Assembly: GCF_009914755.1 (NCBI RefSeq)
Contig: NC_060938.1
Reading direction: 5' to 3' (one strand)
Source: the human T2T-CHM13v2.0 reference genome, Homo sapiens
Length of the DNA: 64,000 nt
The translations under genes were made by a program, and so were the position numbers. Shown here piece by piece: positions 23,290 to 39,169 of this stretch (the stretch's first letter is position 1; each line of letters starts with the position of its first letter). The notes under the pieces were generated by a model. It searched no databases and was not told the DNA's origin. It saw nothing but the letters and a program-made list of their open reading frames with translations.

Positions 23290-24780
23290 ACTGTACCTCT
23301 TCTTGCTCACTGCCTAGCAGTGGAGACAGATGTGCACAAATGTAGTTCTAAATTAAGGCAGACTGTGCGATGAATACAAGAGATACAGAAACTGGGAGAG
23401 GGAACGTTATTTCAATCTGATGGGCCCTGGGAAGGCCTAAGAGAAGATGGATTTTGTGGAGGTCTCTAATATTTGGCAAAATTGGTAGTAGAAAGATGTT
23501 GGAAGGAGAGCATTCCTAACATAGGAAATAGCATGGTCAAAAGTATGGAAAAGGGAAAATATGAGGGACATCGAAAGTGAACAGTGAATAGTTTGGCTTC
23601 TTGAGCATACAGTATCCATGTGTTTATAAGCAAGAGATGAGGACTTAGTGAAAGATAGATACTGAAAAAGTTTGACCTATATACTGGACAGCTTTGGATA
23701 TCAGGCTGAAGAGTTGTGTTTTACTGGTGTGCCCTGTGTGTTTTTAATGATTGAATTTGGTCATAGAAAACAGATGGCAAAGGCAGGATGAAAGAGGAAG
23801 AACTGAAAGTCAAGACAATGAATTAGGAAACTACTACAATAATGAAAGGCAGGCCGAGGCAAAGCAGTGGCTGTGCTCTAATATAAGGAAAAAAGTAAGA
23901 GTGATAGTCTGGAAGAAGAAATAATAGGATTTGGTATCTAGGGGATGGAGCCTGAGGGAAGGGTTAACGATGACTTAAAGGAATTGAGCATGAGCAGTTA
24001 GGAGAATGGTATTACCATTAACTGAGGTTGGACACATTATGATAAGGAATAGCTTTGAAAGGGAAGATAATTAACTCTGTTTAGTACAGTGACCTTGATG
24101 CACAATTAATAAGAATATCTAGGTGTGTAACCTGGGCATAGATATTTTTGTAACCTCCCCAGGTGATTCTAAAGTACAGGAAAGTTTGAGAACAAAGATT
24201 TAGTAAGGAGGAGAAACTTGAAAATCAACTCTGTGTTCTTGTGTAACAGTTGAAAATGCAAGCCTGAAGCTCAGAGTAGAGGTCAATGTTAAGGATGTAG
24301 GTTTGGTAGTCCAAATAGAAATAATAGCTGTAACCTTGGAAGTTGATTTTAACAAGAGACTATTGTGTGAGAATAAAGTAGATGTGCAATAGAACTTTAA
24401 GGAAAGCCTAGGGTAATTGAGAGCCAGGATACCATATTAAAGTTGGGGATTAAGTGAGAATCTACAACCTGAGGAGTGAAACTTTCAGGCCCTGTTGCCC
24501 AGAATGCTGGCAGCTGGGGAATGGTATTATAGCAGGTCAAAGGAACTTTTCATGGAGCGAGAGTGAACTTAGCATGTTTATAGACTGAAGAATAGGACTA
24601 GTGAAAAAGGGACACTTGAAGAAGATAGTTTCAGGGACAAGAAAGATGGATAGTTATTGCTACAATGATTCAGACAAGGAAAGGAAGTGAATCAGTGGAT
24701 CTGTGATTTTCAGGAAAGGAGGATACATCTTCTGAGTTAGGACAGAAAGAGGGAAGGAAGCCAAAGAATTTAGAATGAAG
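23290..24780 (-). mobile_element. Degenerate L2 tract interrupted by a MER5-like fragment
   Basis: Purine-rich antisense L2 motifs, e.g. GGAAGGAGAGCATTCCTAACATAGGAAATAGCATGGTCAAAAG and GGAGAATGGTATTACCATTAACTGAG. Boundaries are approximate. Confidence 0.55.
24110..24194. mobile_element. MER5A-like hAT-Charlie MITE fragment
   Basis: TTTTTGTAACCTCCCCAGGTGATTCTAAAGTACAGGAAAGTTTGAGAAC matches the MER5A terminus. A similar fragment lies at about 16295-16400. Confidence 0.65.
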
Positions 24781-27426
24781 ACAAACCCCATGAGATTAGT
24801 CAGTGGAGCAATTATTTGAATAGAGGGAGGGTTGAAGCTGAGGAGGGACTAGAGAACAGAGTAGGAGTCAAATCCTATCCTCTCAAAAGAGATTTCCTAA
24901 AATTTTCCAGTCCTGTGTGATCACTGTGCCCTCTAAACTTCTCATTTACTGTTTGTACCTTACATTTGGTGATTAATCTCACACAGCCTTGTAAAACACC
25001 AGTTTCATCGTGGTTTTGAATTTCTGTTTATATCTTTCATAATTAACTTTTCAAGTGATTACCATCCATCATGACCGCAAACTCCTTGGGGCAGCAACTA
25101 CCTCCTAAGCTTTGTTTTACTCACTTTACACGTTATTTCAGCTTTAAAATGTATTTTAGTAAATTTTGTTTGATTATAATAATATCATGTGTAGTTATAA
25201 TATCCTTTTTAAAGCTAAAGACAGAACCCTACTTTATCATCTCATCTTTCATGATACTTTATCTTAGCTGTGTAAATCATGGCACAATCCCATCTTAACA
25301 TCTGTTCTTCCTTTCTACACTTCTCTCCCATTTTCTTTGCCACTTGTTATTTTTTTTGTAAATAAAACAATCTTTAAATCAACTTTTAGAAGAACCATTT
25401 CACCTATTTTTTCCCAAATAACTAGGCATTTGTACCTTAAATATGTGATTTTATTATAGTGTGAATTTATTATTATATTCATACTTCCTTGAGGCAGGTC
25501 TAGTTGGTTATGTTAATAGATTGTTAGATTTTTTAAAACCTTTGTTTAAACAGCCTTGCTGAAAGGATATACTCTGAGTTGCTTCTTTGAAAAACATTAA
25601 AAGCATCTAATATGACTTGGTAGCTGACCAGCACACTGGTTGATGAAATTTGTAGTCTTTGCTCCAAAGCTCTCTAACAAGATTAGGTGAGATTGAACTT
25701 GAGAAGGTAAAGGTCTCTAAATTGACATAAATTCAAAGGGCAGAACTAGATCATACCACTATTTGAATCGCTATCAAAGTCTAATTTCTGACATATTATA
25801 TTTGGTCCATTGCAATTTGTGTACATACACATCCTTCTAGTAAATGATGAATGAGGTTTAGCTAACATAATGTAGTTTATACACTTCTAGACATTTGTAG
25901 GAAATATATGATTGGGGAGCTCTCTTCTTTGTAAAATGACCTGGGTCGCTTTTCTGGAACACAGTCTCTCTGTTTTATACTAGACACAAACACAAACACT
26001 CAGGCATTTATTTCCCTGCTGTCTTTCACTTGATACCTCGTGTATATACTCAAGCTATCATTAGATAGATGACGAGCAAATACGGAATTTCACTGGATGC
26101 TTTCATGTGGCTAAAACCATTCATTTTTAAGGGAATTAGACCATTTCTAATGGGAATTTTTGGTCCAGTTTTGAGACTAGAAAATGATTAGTTAAGCTTC
26201 ATCAACATATTTGAACTTTCAGTGTTTAAACCTTCTGAAGTTTATTCATAACTTGAGGGGCTATGCATTTTGAATTATGAGGAATTTTGGAAAACTCCTC
26301 TGTCTCATTTCTTTTCTTCTTTTCTGCTGCTCATCCCCAAAGCTTTCATTTCTTTTCTAGCTGAAAGTAAGGTAATAATAGTATGATATAAACTTGTGAT
26401 TCTGATGCTAAGCGGGCTCAATAGCATCAGTGATAATGACTGTTGTAGGGTAATGCCAACTTGCTTACTGTGTTGGAATTTTCCTCCTTAAGACTTTGGA
26501 GGTTCTCTTACCTGGCCTGTCGTACACCCAGCAAGCACCTTCACACTGACCACTTTTTTGATCACACATTGTTCCTCTTCTTAACGAGCTCTTCTGAGAG
26601 GTGTATACACATGTTTAAAATGGCAACTTTCTGGGCACCACTACCCAGCTTTTTAAATGAAGTTCTTGGGACACAATGTTTTTTTCTCTCAAGTCAATTA
26701 GACTAAATATGACTGAACAGAAAACAAAATGTATTTTTCAAAATTATCATCAAATAGTGCTGCTACTAATTTTGGTTGCATTTTAGAGTGAAATCATCTC
26801 ATTTCCTAGTGAGAACTTTTTAACTATTACTATTAATCAGTAATTGAAAATTTCCCCTCATTTTTGGTGAAGGCTAAGAATTATTAACTGTATAATACAG
26901 GACAAAGAGAACAGTAATGTGAACAAAGATATCGCTGAATAAAAATAAATTTGATATTCTAAGTGTTCTTCCTTGTTATTATTTTTGTATTTTTTCCAAT
27001 TGTGTGGTGGTTTTCAGTTGAAGTCCTGCTTCAGACCTTTGGCAAATAGCATCTTTTATCATTATCTACAGATACTTTTTGTCTCAGTTGTACACAAAAA
27101 GCTTAATGACTATGCTCCATTGGCTAATACACAAAAGGGAAATCAGGTAGAAGAGTTTGAAGATGAAATCTCTGGAAAGCCTGCATTTTAAGCAGACTTT
27201 CTCTCATAACAGTCTTGTGCAATGCCTTGAAATAGAAGCTCTTGTTTTGTGTAATTTTCCAAGGCAATCAATAGTTCTTTCTTCTCATAAGTGGTAAAAT
27301 TTGATATTAGGAAGTACAGATATACTTCTCATCATAAAAGGGAGTGTGTTGGGGATGTTGCACTAATGATACAATCAGCAACAGCAGTATCAAATAATGT
27401 TTATTAAGCTTTATTTGGCAGGCATT

Positions 27427-28280
<854 letters not shown>

Positions 28281-28343
28281 CTCTTAATGAAATATTGTAA
28301 TCTGTTGAGTATTATGTAATTTGAATATTTCTCTACCTATTGA

Positions 28344-28694
<351 letters not shown>

Positions 28695-28875
28695 TAAACC
28701 ATTACTTTTTAACCTCTTCTCAACTTAATGCTACATGGTGACTTTGTTCACACTAACGCTATTAAAATTATTCTCATCAATGTTCCCTCATGACTTCTTG
28801 GTTACCAAATAAGTCCCTGAGCCTCAGATTCCTTTCTATAAATCATTGATTGGTGGCTTTTAATTAAGAATTATT

Positions 28876-29563
28876 AGCCAATTATTAAAAAGACAAAAAA
28901 TAACAGATGTTAGCAAGATTGCAGATAAAAAGGAATACTTATACAGTGTTGGTGGGAGTGTAAATTAGCTTGATCATTGTGGAAAGCGGTGTAGGGATTT
29001 CTCAAAGAGATAAAAATGGAACTACCATTCAACCCAGCAATCGCATTACTGGGTATATATCCAAAGGAATATTAATCGTTCTATCATAAAGACACATGCA
29101 TGTGTATGTTCACTGCAGCACTATTCACAATGGCAAAGACATGGAATCAGTCTAAACGCCCATCAATTGTAGACTGGATAAAGAAAATGTGGCACATAAA
29201 CACCATGGAATACTATGCAGCCATATAAAAGAAAGAGATCATGTCCTTTGCAGGAACATAGACGGATCTGGAGGCCATTATCCTTAGCAAACTAACACAG
29301 GAACAGAAAACTAAATATGTTCTCACTTATAAGTGGGAGCTAAATGATGAGAGCACATGGACACATAGAGGGGAGCAAAAGACATTGGAGCCTTTTGGAG
29401 GGTGGAGGGTGGGAGGAGGGAAAGCATTAGGAAAAATAACTAATGGGTACAAGGTTTAGCATCTGGATGACAAAATAATCTGTACAACAAACCCCAATAA
29501 CAGGTTTACCTGTATAACAAACCTGCACATGTACCCCTGAACTTAAATAAAACTAAAAAAAAA
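28876..29563 (+). mobile_element. 5'-truncated L1PA (older, PA13-16-like) 3' end, sense orientation
   Basis: ORF2 C-terminal/3'UTR sequence (CCCAGCAATCGCATTACTGGGTATATATCCAAAGGAA...ACCTGCACATGTACCCCTGAACTTAAATAAAA), an A-tail, and ATTAGCC on both flanks. Confidence 0.9.
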
Positions 29564-29630
29564 TTAGCCTCTTTTTTCAAACTAAATCTTACTTATAAGC
29601 CCAACATATATGTATATATTTATAAACAGA

Positions 29631-29727
29631 GTGGCATTTTTCAGTTGACTCAGTGGAATTTTTGAGTTTTATAAACTCAGTGGAATTTTTCAGTTGATTC
29701 AGTTGGAATTTTTCAGTTAACTGAAAA
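29631..29727. repeat. Short imperfect tandem repeat, about 4 x 22-27 nt (GTGGAATTTTTCAGTTGAYTCA), with embedded palindromes
   Basis: Copies start at 29631, 29653, 29680 and 29702. Confidence 0.85.
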
Positions 29728-30427
29728 CCTGGGGGCTTTGCCCTTTGCTCACTGTCCCCTGCGACTTTTGTAGCCCTCCCTATCTCTGACCTCTGCAAAG
29801 CTCACAGGTACCATGGGACATAGTACTAAAACTAGCCTCTGAATTTAACCTTACTGTCGGTGCCTCTCCTGCCTCTTCTCCATTTGCACTTTATGTGCCT
29901 CTCCTATCCAGAATCCTTCAGTGGCTTTCCATTGCCTATCTATAAAGTTCCTTTCTAGCCTTGTTCCTTTGATGCTCCCTTTTCTTCCTTTGCCATAGCC
30001 ACATGAGGGTACCTCTAGTCTCCAAAACGTCCCAGTTTATCTTTTGTTGCTATGCTCTTCTTGTTCAGCTCCCTATCTTTGCTCATCTCCACCTGTTTAA
30101 TCCTCCCCATTATCAGGGTTTATCTCGGTGGTCTGTCTGCCACCCAGTAGCCATCTATACCAAAATGACTCTCAATTTTATCAATTCCCACAGCATTTGT
30201 ACCTCATTTATAGCACTTATCACATTCTGTCTTTGAATTTTGTATTAAAGATATTCCTCAAGCTGCATTCTTCTTAAGGTGGGGAACCATTTCCTGTTCA
30301 TTGTTCTGCACACTGCAATGCTCAGCGTAATATATCCCTCAAAGACTATTCTTGAACAAAATGCTTGTTGAGTGACAAACAATTTATAACACAAATCAAA
30401 ACCCTTAAATTACGTGTGTCCTTTAGG

Positions 30428-30727
<300 letters not shown>

Positions 30728-30999
30728 CTTCAGGTCATTTTTTTTTTAGTTCTTTAAGCGTTTGTTCCTTTTTTGTGAGTTGATTCATACTCTTTGAGAT
30801 TACCTAGGACTAAATTGATTTAATTAAATTTCATTATATGATAGAAGCTAGAACAATTAAATAAAACACAGGGAAAGCTACTTTTTAATGCAAAATATTT
30901 TATATCTTTGCATTTCACAGCCTAAAAAAGAAAGAAAAACAAAGCAATCTACTATGTCTGTACTTGGAAATTTTATTTTTACTTTTTTCTACCATTAAA

Positions 31000-33900
31000 A
31001 AAATTTTTCAGTAGCTTTAGGGATACCAGCGGTTTTTGTTTACACGGATGAATTGTATAGTGGTGAAACCTGAGATTTTAGTGTACCCTTCACCAGAGTA
31101 GTATACATTGTACCCAATATGTAGTTCTTTTATCCTTCTCCTTCGTCCTACCCTCCCTGCTTCTGAGTCGCCAATGTCTATTGTGCTACTCTGTATGCCT
31201 TTGCATACCCATAGCTTAGCCCCCACTTACAAGTGAGGACAGAGGTATTTGGTTTTCCATTCCTGAGTTACTTCACTTGGAATAATAACCCTCACGTCCA
31301 TCCAAGTTGGTACAAAAGACATTATTTTGTTCTTTTTTATGACTGAGTAGTATTCCGTGGTGTATGTATGTCACATTTTCTTTATCTACTCATTGGTTGA
31401 TGGGTACTTAGGTTGGTTCCATATCTTTGCAACTGTGAATTGTGCTGTGATAAACATATTCATGCAGCTGTCTTTTTGATATAATGACTTTGTTTCATTT
31501 GAGTAGATACCCAGTAGTGGGATTGCTGGATCGAATGATAGATCTACTTTTAGTTCTCTGAGAAATCTCCATGCTGTTTTCCACAGGGATTGTACTAAAT
31601 TACATTCCCACCAGCAGTGTATAAGTGTTCCCTTTTCATCACATCCACGCCAACATTTATTGTTTTTTGACCTTTTAATAATGGCCATTCTGGCTGGGGT
31701 AAGGTGATTTTAATTTGCATTTCCCTGATGATCAGTGATTTTAAGCATTTTTTCGTGTTTCTTGGCCATTTGTACATCTTCTTTTGAGAAATACCAATTC
31801 ATATTATTTACCTACTTTTTAATGGGATTATTTGTTTTTTTTTTCTTGGTTATTTGTGTTTCTCGTAAATCCTGACATTAGTCCTTTGTCAGATGCATAG
31901 TTTGCAAGCATTTTCTCCCATTCTGTGGGTTGTCTGTTTACTCTGATGATTATTTCTTTTGCTCTACAGGAGCTCTTTAGTTTAATTAGGTTCCATTTAT
32001 TTATTTTTATTTTGGTTGCGTTTGCTTTCGGGGTCTTAGTCATACATTCTTTGCCTAAGCCAACATCCAGGAGAGTTTTTCTTAGTTTTTCTTCTAGAAT
32101 TTTTATGGCTTCAGGTCTTAAATTTAAGTCTTTCATCCATCTTCAGTTGAGTTTTGTATATAGTGAGAGTTAAGGATCCAGTTTCATTCTTCTACTTTGG
32201 CTATCCAGTTTTCCCAGCACCAATAGTGTGTTCTTTCTCCAATTTATGTTTTTGAATGCTTTGTTGAAGATCAGTTGGTTGTAAGTATTTGCCTTTATTT
32301 CTGGATTCTCTATTCTGTTCCATTGGTCTATGTATATACTTTTATACCAGTACCATGCTATTTTGTTTACTATAGCCTTGTAGTATAATTTGAAGTCACA
32401 TAATGTGATGTCTCCAGATTTGTTCTTTTTGCTTAGGATTGTTTTGGCTATCTGGGCTCTTCTTTGGTTCCCTTTGAATTTTAGGATTTTTTCTTCTAAT
32501 TCTGTGAAAAATGATGTTGATATTTAATAGGAATTGCATTGAATCTGTAGATTGCTTTGAGCAATATGGTCATTTTCACAATATTGATTCTTCCAATGTA
32601 TGAGCATGGAATGTATTTTCATTTGTTTGTGTCATCTATGATTTCTTTCAGCAGTGTTTTGTAGTTCTCCTTGTAGAGATTTTTCACCTCCTTGGTTAAG
32701 TATATTCCTGGATATTTTGTTTTATTTTATTTCATTTGCAGCTATTATAAAAGGGATTGAGTTCTTGATTTGATTCTCAGCTTGGCCATTGTTGGTGTAT
32801 AGTGGTGCTACTCATTTGGATGCATTGATTTTGTAACCTGAGACTTTACTGAATTCATTTATCAAATCTAAGAGTCTTTTGGAGGATTCTTTATGATCAA
32901 AACGTTGGCAAACTGAGATAGTTTAACTCATATTTTCCAATTTGGATGCCCTTTATTTCTTTCTCTTACCTTATTTCTCTGGGTAGGACTTCTAGTACTA
33001 TGTTGAATAGAAGTGGTGAAAGTGGGCATTTTTGTCTTGCTCCAGTTCCCAGGGGGAATGTTTTCAACTTTTCCCCATTCGGTATGACATTGGCTATGGC
33101 TTTGTTATATATGGCTTTTGTTATTCTGCGACATGTTCCTTCTATGCCTAGTTTGTTGAGGGTTTTTATCATAAAGGGATGCTGGATTTCATTGAATGTT
33201 TTTTCTGCATCTACTGAGATGATCATGTGGTTTTTGTTTTTAATTCTGTTTATATGATGAATCACATTTATCGACTTGTGTATGTTGAATCATCCTGTGT
33301 CCTCAGGATGAAACCCACTTGATCATGATGAGTTATCTTTTTGATGTGCTGTTGGGTTCAGTTTGCTAGAATTTTGTTGAGGATTTTTGCATCTATGTAC
33401 ATCAGAGATATTGGTCTGTAGTTTTCTTTTTTTGTTAAGTCCTTTTCTGGCTTTGGTATTAGGGTAATACTGGCTTCATAGAATGAGTTAGAGAGGATTC
33501 CTTCTTTCTCAATCTTTTAGAATAGTTTCATAGGATTGTGACCAGTTCTTTGAATATCTGGTAGAATTTGGCTGTGAATCCATTTGACCCAGGGCTTTTT
33601 TTCACTGGCAGTTTTTTTTTTAATTATTGATTCATTCTCACTGCTTGTTATTGGTCTGTTCAGGATTTCTATTTATTCTTGATTCAAGCTAGGAGGGTCA
33701 TAAGTTCCCTGGAATTTATCCATTTCCTCTAGATTTTTTAGTTGTGTGCATAGAGTTATTCATAGTAGTCTGGAATGATCATTTGTATTTCTGCAGTATT
33801 GGTCATAATGTCTCCATTTTCGTTTCTAATTGAGCTTATTCTTCTTTTGACTTTTGAGCTTATGGCTTCTTTTCTTGGTTAATCTAGCTAATGGTCTGTC

Positions 33901-34600
33901 AATTTTATTTTTCTTTTCAAAGAACTAACTTTTCATTTCATTGGTGTTTTGTGTTTTTTCTTGTTTTAATTTTATTTAGCTCTCATCTGGTCTTTTTTAT
34001 TTCTTTTCTTCTGCTAGGTTTGAGTTTGGTTTGTTCTTATTTCTCTACTTTCTTGAGGTGTGGCAATAAACTGTCAATTTGTGATCTTTTAGACTTTTTG
34101 ATGTAGGCATTTAGTGCTATGAGCTTTCCTCTTACCATTGCTTTTGCTGTATCCCAGAGGTTTTTATAATTTGTGTTACTGTTATCATTCATTTCAAATA
34201 ATTTAAATTTCCATCTTGGTTTTATTGTTAACCCAAAAATCATTCAAGAGAAGATTATTTAACTTCCATGTGTTTGTATAATTTTAAGGGGTTTTTTGGA
34301 TTGATTTCTAGTTTTTTTCTGCTGTAGTCTGATAAGTTACAGAAGATAGTATTTTGATTTTTTAAAAATTGAGGCTTGTTTTGTGGCCTATCATATGGTC
34401 TATCTTGGAGAATGTTCCATGTGCTGACGAGAATAATGTATATTATACAGTTCTTAGGTAGAATGTTCTGTAAATATCTGTTAGGTCTATTTGTTCTGGT
34501 GCAGTTTAAGTCTAGTGTCTTTCTGTTGACTTTCTCCCTTAATGATTTGTCTAGTGCTATCAGTAGAGTTGAAGTCACCCACTATTATTATGTTGCTGCA
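31000..34600 (-). mobile_element. L1PB (PB3/PB4-like), 5'-truncated, about 3.6 kb; decayed ORF2 running from the endonuclease end through RT to the C-terminus, plus 3'UTR
   Basis: ORF-track fragments are L1 ORF2 (e.g. [10 protein letters not shown]..., [38 protein letters not shown]) broken by frameshifts and stops. The 3'UTR GGATGAATTGTATAGTGGTGAA is L1PB-type. Confidence 0.92.
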
Positions 34601-37600
34601 TACTTGGACATTTTAAGCAGGGTTATTTATGAGTTTGTTAGCTCACTGATATCCTAGGCATACCAGTTATGAATTAATGATAAGTGTGACAGATGTACTA
34701 ATACTCTAATTTTTAAACACTTAATTTTCATTTAAGTATTATAATTGTTATTGAGCTCCCAGAGGGGACAGTCAAATATGTAGGTAGTCTCAATAAGGCA
34801 TATATCCTTTTAAATTTATTTTCCTGTTTCCTATAACTTTTGTAAGATTATCATTCCTTAATAGAATGTACCTGAAAATTTCATTAATTTTAATAAAAAT
34901 TCCAAAAGTTGGTGAAAGAAGGAATGTACCACTGTACTACTATCTAGTTAGTTCCTACTATTTCGTTTTAGCTACTTACTGCTTCATAATTTTAATGTAT
35001 GTCACCAATATTTTTAAATAATTCTGATGACAAGGAAAGGGAATGTTGATTTGATGAGCTTTCAAATAAACTATAATAATATATCACATGATATAGTAGT
35101 GATAATATAATGATTGAAATGCTTTGAAAGAAAACTTTAATGTTTTTTTCAAGACCAATATTATCTGTTATTTTCACTGGGGAGGATTTGACTAGACTAG
35201 ATATAATAATAGAGACAAATAGACATAATTACAGACCTAGATAATTGAGAGCTTCAAATAAGCCCATATAACCATAAGCCATAAGAAAAATATAAGGTGC
35301 TGACCCTAGGGACCAGGAAGTTAAAGAATCCCTTCTCTGCATCTGTTTCATCATCTGCAAATGAATGATAATCCTCTCTCCCTCCCTCAAAGGGTTATTG
35401 AATTGATTAGATGAAATATATGAAATTATCGGAGTTGGTTGCTAAGAAGACAAATAATGTTCTATACAACATTTCTAAACTCATATAGTTGCTGTCAGGG
35501 TGGGAGTCTGACTTCTTGTTCTCATGCAAAGGCAGGTGGGGAGCTGTGGCCACGAGCTGGGCTACAGTGAGGAGCTTTGAGTGGGACATAGAACAGGAGG
35601 ATCATAGCACCCAAGGTGAAGGTGGGCATGAGAACTAATGGTTCAGTCTAAAGTAAAGACTGAGTTTACAACAGGAAGCAGAGAGAATGAATCTGAAAAG
35701 AAAAACAGGAAGTAGAACCTGGAGAGAACCACTTTGAGGCACCAATAATCAGAGCCAGATGCCTCACGATAGGACCATGGGTGCTACCAGTGGTGGTGGT
35801 AGTGGTAGGGTGTGTGAAAAATCAGTCCCCGCACAGGCCATGCCTTCCACACACTATCCTATGATTCCTGGGCTTTCTCTTCAGTGCTAAAATACTGGTC
35901 CTATAGATGCCACAGGTTCAGTTTGTGACTTCCTACTTTTAAGCTCCAGCATTAAACCCTAAGGTGATGAGATCTTGAGGCTTAAAAGATACAGGATCTG
36001 AAATCTTGAAATATGTTTTCAATATTTGTTGTTGTTGTTAGTGGGAAATCATTATTATGATACTTCGTCAAGAGCCTTTGATGCTAAGACCTAATTAACA
36101 TGTATTTAGAGATCTAGAATAAATTGCTTCCCTGATTGTGTGCTTATGATTTACTCTTGTTAGTTCTAGTATCCATAGGTTAATATTTGAAACATGACAA
36201 TTGGCTGGTGACTTAACAATGACTTACCTGCTTATCCCTTTTCACTTCCCACATCCCCCTACTTCTTACCCATTAATTCTGTAGGACTCACTTTAAATCA
36301 GGAAAGGAAAATGAGTCACCTAAAATGAATATAGTCAGAGAAAGTCTCTGGACCTTATGGCATTGCCCATAAAAGCCTCACTAAATTCTCTTCTGCAAAA
36401 TATTTGACACTTGCTGCTTAAAAACCAGTGATGCCTCTGTGGGGTCAAGCCTGGAGACAGAGAACCGTGGCATAATTTGCAGTTAGAGAAGACTCAGAAG
36501 AGAGTGAGAGAAGGAAATTTTTCTAGGTAGCTTTACCTGTTTCAGCATATATGGCCAGGTCTTTAAACTTCCAGTTCATAAAGCCGTATTCCTTGTCCTA
36601 ATAATTTTCATATCTTTGTCTCCTAACAAGCACTGAGCAGTAAGTGGGCTCCACTGTCTGTCTGCATCTGACTGCCCCGACTGTGTTAGTCATCATCTGC
36701 TCATGGAAGCATGGAAACCCTGGGGGAATAAGTGTTTGGCAGAGTCAGCAAATGGGTTGGTTTGTGCAAAGTTTTGGGAGAAGAGAGTAGAGTGGCAAAG
36801 TGAATTAACAGTGATAACATGAGTAAAAGTGGTGCTGAAAATGCAGCGGGATGGCCTCCTATCTAACTATTATGATTTGGAATAAAAAAAGAGATCTTGG
36901 TAAGTAAAAACTTATTTTTAGTATTAGAAGATATTCACATAGTGCATAATGAAAAGCAAGTCTTTGGATTTTTGAGTCAAGGACCTACACAATTGCTGAG
37001 AGTATTAGAAGATACTTGTTGTATTAGGTGGTCGTAAATGACAACAAAGCACAGGACTAATAGGACAGAGGAAAATGTGCTGTTCAAGAAAAATAGTCTT
37101 CTTTTCTTAAAACATATGACATTTCTGCATCCTGCATTTGCCATGATATAATGACCCATTAACAGAAAAGAAATGAAAAATAAGGAGTCAGCATGGTTGA
37201 TGGTTGTTACCTAAGCCCATAATAACATTTTAAATTGCTTAAAGTTGCAGTCTCCTAAAGAGAAAATATAGTTGTTGAGTGGCCCTTTTGGCTACCTGGC
37301 AAGATGTATAATTCAAAAGATTCAAGATTTAATTCTTCTGGAATCTTATTTCAGATTTCCTATGTAAAAGAGTCAGAGCATTTTATATATTACAGAGGAG
37401 TATGAGACAATTAAGGCCAGAAAAATATAGGCAGAGAAATATAAGAAAACATACTTCTTTCCCTGTTTCACAATACTTTGGTAGAGTGCTAAGTAAGACA
37501 AACAACCCTATAATTAGGAAGAAAATTATGAGAAGTTATTTTTATTCTCAAAAATCACATTAATGGCTTTGTCTGCAGCTCAGTTATTACCAATTGCTAT

Positions 37601-39169
37601 TAACTTGTTGGCACAAACAAGCTTAAAATTTATTTTATATTCTGTAGTCCTAATAATTTTTTTGAAAAAGTGTGACATTCAAATCGTGTAATTAAAACAA
37701 GTAGAATAATAAACATATATTTATGAAGGGTTTGTGTGTGTATTTGTTTTAAGTTGAACAGATAATTCCTAGTGATTTTGTGAGTCATACAGTGAATAAT
37801 TAAAATAAATTTAAATTCAAATATTAACATTTCAATTTCCAGTTTGGTGAACATAAGCAAATTATTATAAGTTTGTTTTCAATTCCTGCAAAGCATATTA
37901 AAATTAACTTTTCCTCAATTTAAGTAATGTGTATAAGTAAACTTCCTTCCCACTGTGAAAAGGTTTCATTTATTGCTATTTGTAAACTGCCTAGGATAGA
38001 TTCAGAGTGGATTGGGCTGGAAACTCCTTGAACAGTTTCTTTTGAAATAACACTACATACGTTAAGCTCAATTACACATCCAAACAGCCACAGCTCACTT
38101 TTGGTAATTTATTCATTGATTTAACATAGTACCCAGAAGAGCCATGCCTGCTGTCATTTTTGTAATATATTATGTTTTAAATATACTCATGCTCACCCCT
38201 GCACACCATTAAGGTGTGCATAAACCTGTGTTTTTCTCTCTTGACAGCTATAAATGTTTGTTATTATTACACAAAACATATGTTCATGTTGTTTTTGTCT
38301 AAATTATTCTATCTGGGGCTATAAAGTTTTAATGTTATTAGTTGCCCTTAGAATTTTAATGTTTCACTGCTGTAACCTTCTTAGGATTTCTGTGCAATTA
38401 AATAGAAACTATTTCACTGCAGCCTGGAAGAACAATATATTTTATACAAATAAAAAAAAAAAACCCTTCTTACTCCATTTTCTTTCAGTGTAGTAAAAAT
38501 ATTTGCCTGACAGTTTTTCTTTTTGGTCTGTGGAAACCTCACCTGTGGTCATACCTGTGCACCAGCTGTGTGTGGAACATTTCTCTTTCTGCTCCTGGCG
38601 TTTGTTGGAAAGATATGAGTTAAGCACCCTTTAAACCAAAGGGACAATATTTCACCAGCCTTTCAGAGGTCATTCCAGGTGCTATTTAGGTGACTGTATT
38701 TCAGCCTGGCTTTAGTTTAACATATACAGAGGCCAAAAGGGACTAAATAAGAAGCCCATTATAGTGGCAAAATATGTGTCTAACTTGGGTTCTTACCAGC
38801 ATGGTTCAAAGGTGGTTTTATTTACAAATACGTGGAAGCACTAACATTTGGTGGAGCCACAGAGATGTTTTCCCTTATGTCTTCTCTCATTTTCATACCC
38901 ACTGGTTGGTTATACTTGGTCCAGGCCTCATCGTCAAGTCAGATAGGACTGCAGACTTACTTAGAAACCTAGTTTCTCACATATAGAATCATTGCATCGC
39001 AAATAATTTTTATTTTACAGAAGAGCTTCTAAGTGTATTCTGACTTGTTTACTATAATCTTAATGTTGGCATTGTCTACCCCAACCCCAGTGGTCTTTCA
39101 TATGTACAGTGCTAGGGCCGAGTTATGTCACTGGCTTTTAATTGGCTCTCAGCTTCAATTTTCCTTTTT

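Noticed and set aside
29631-29727. Palindromic direct repeats reminiscent of a CRISPR array
   Set aside because: The copies are abutting with no unique ~30-nt spacers, there are no cas genes, and the context is a primate intron.
31386-34578. Several 68-107 aa ORFs with RT/endonuclease-like sequence
   Set aside because: These are frameshifted, stop-riddled remnants of L1 ORF2 in an old 5'-truncated L1PB. They are not a functional gene or a novel retroelement system.
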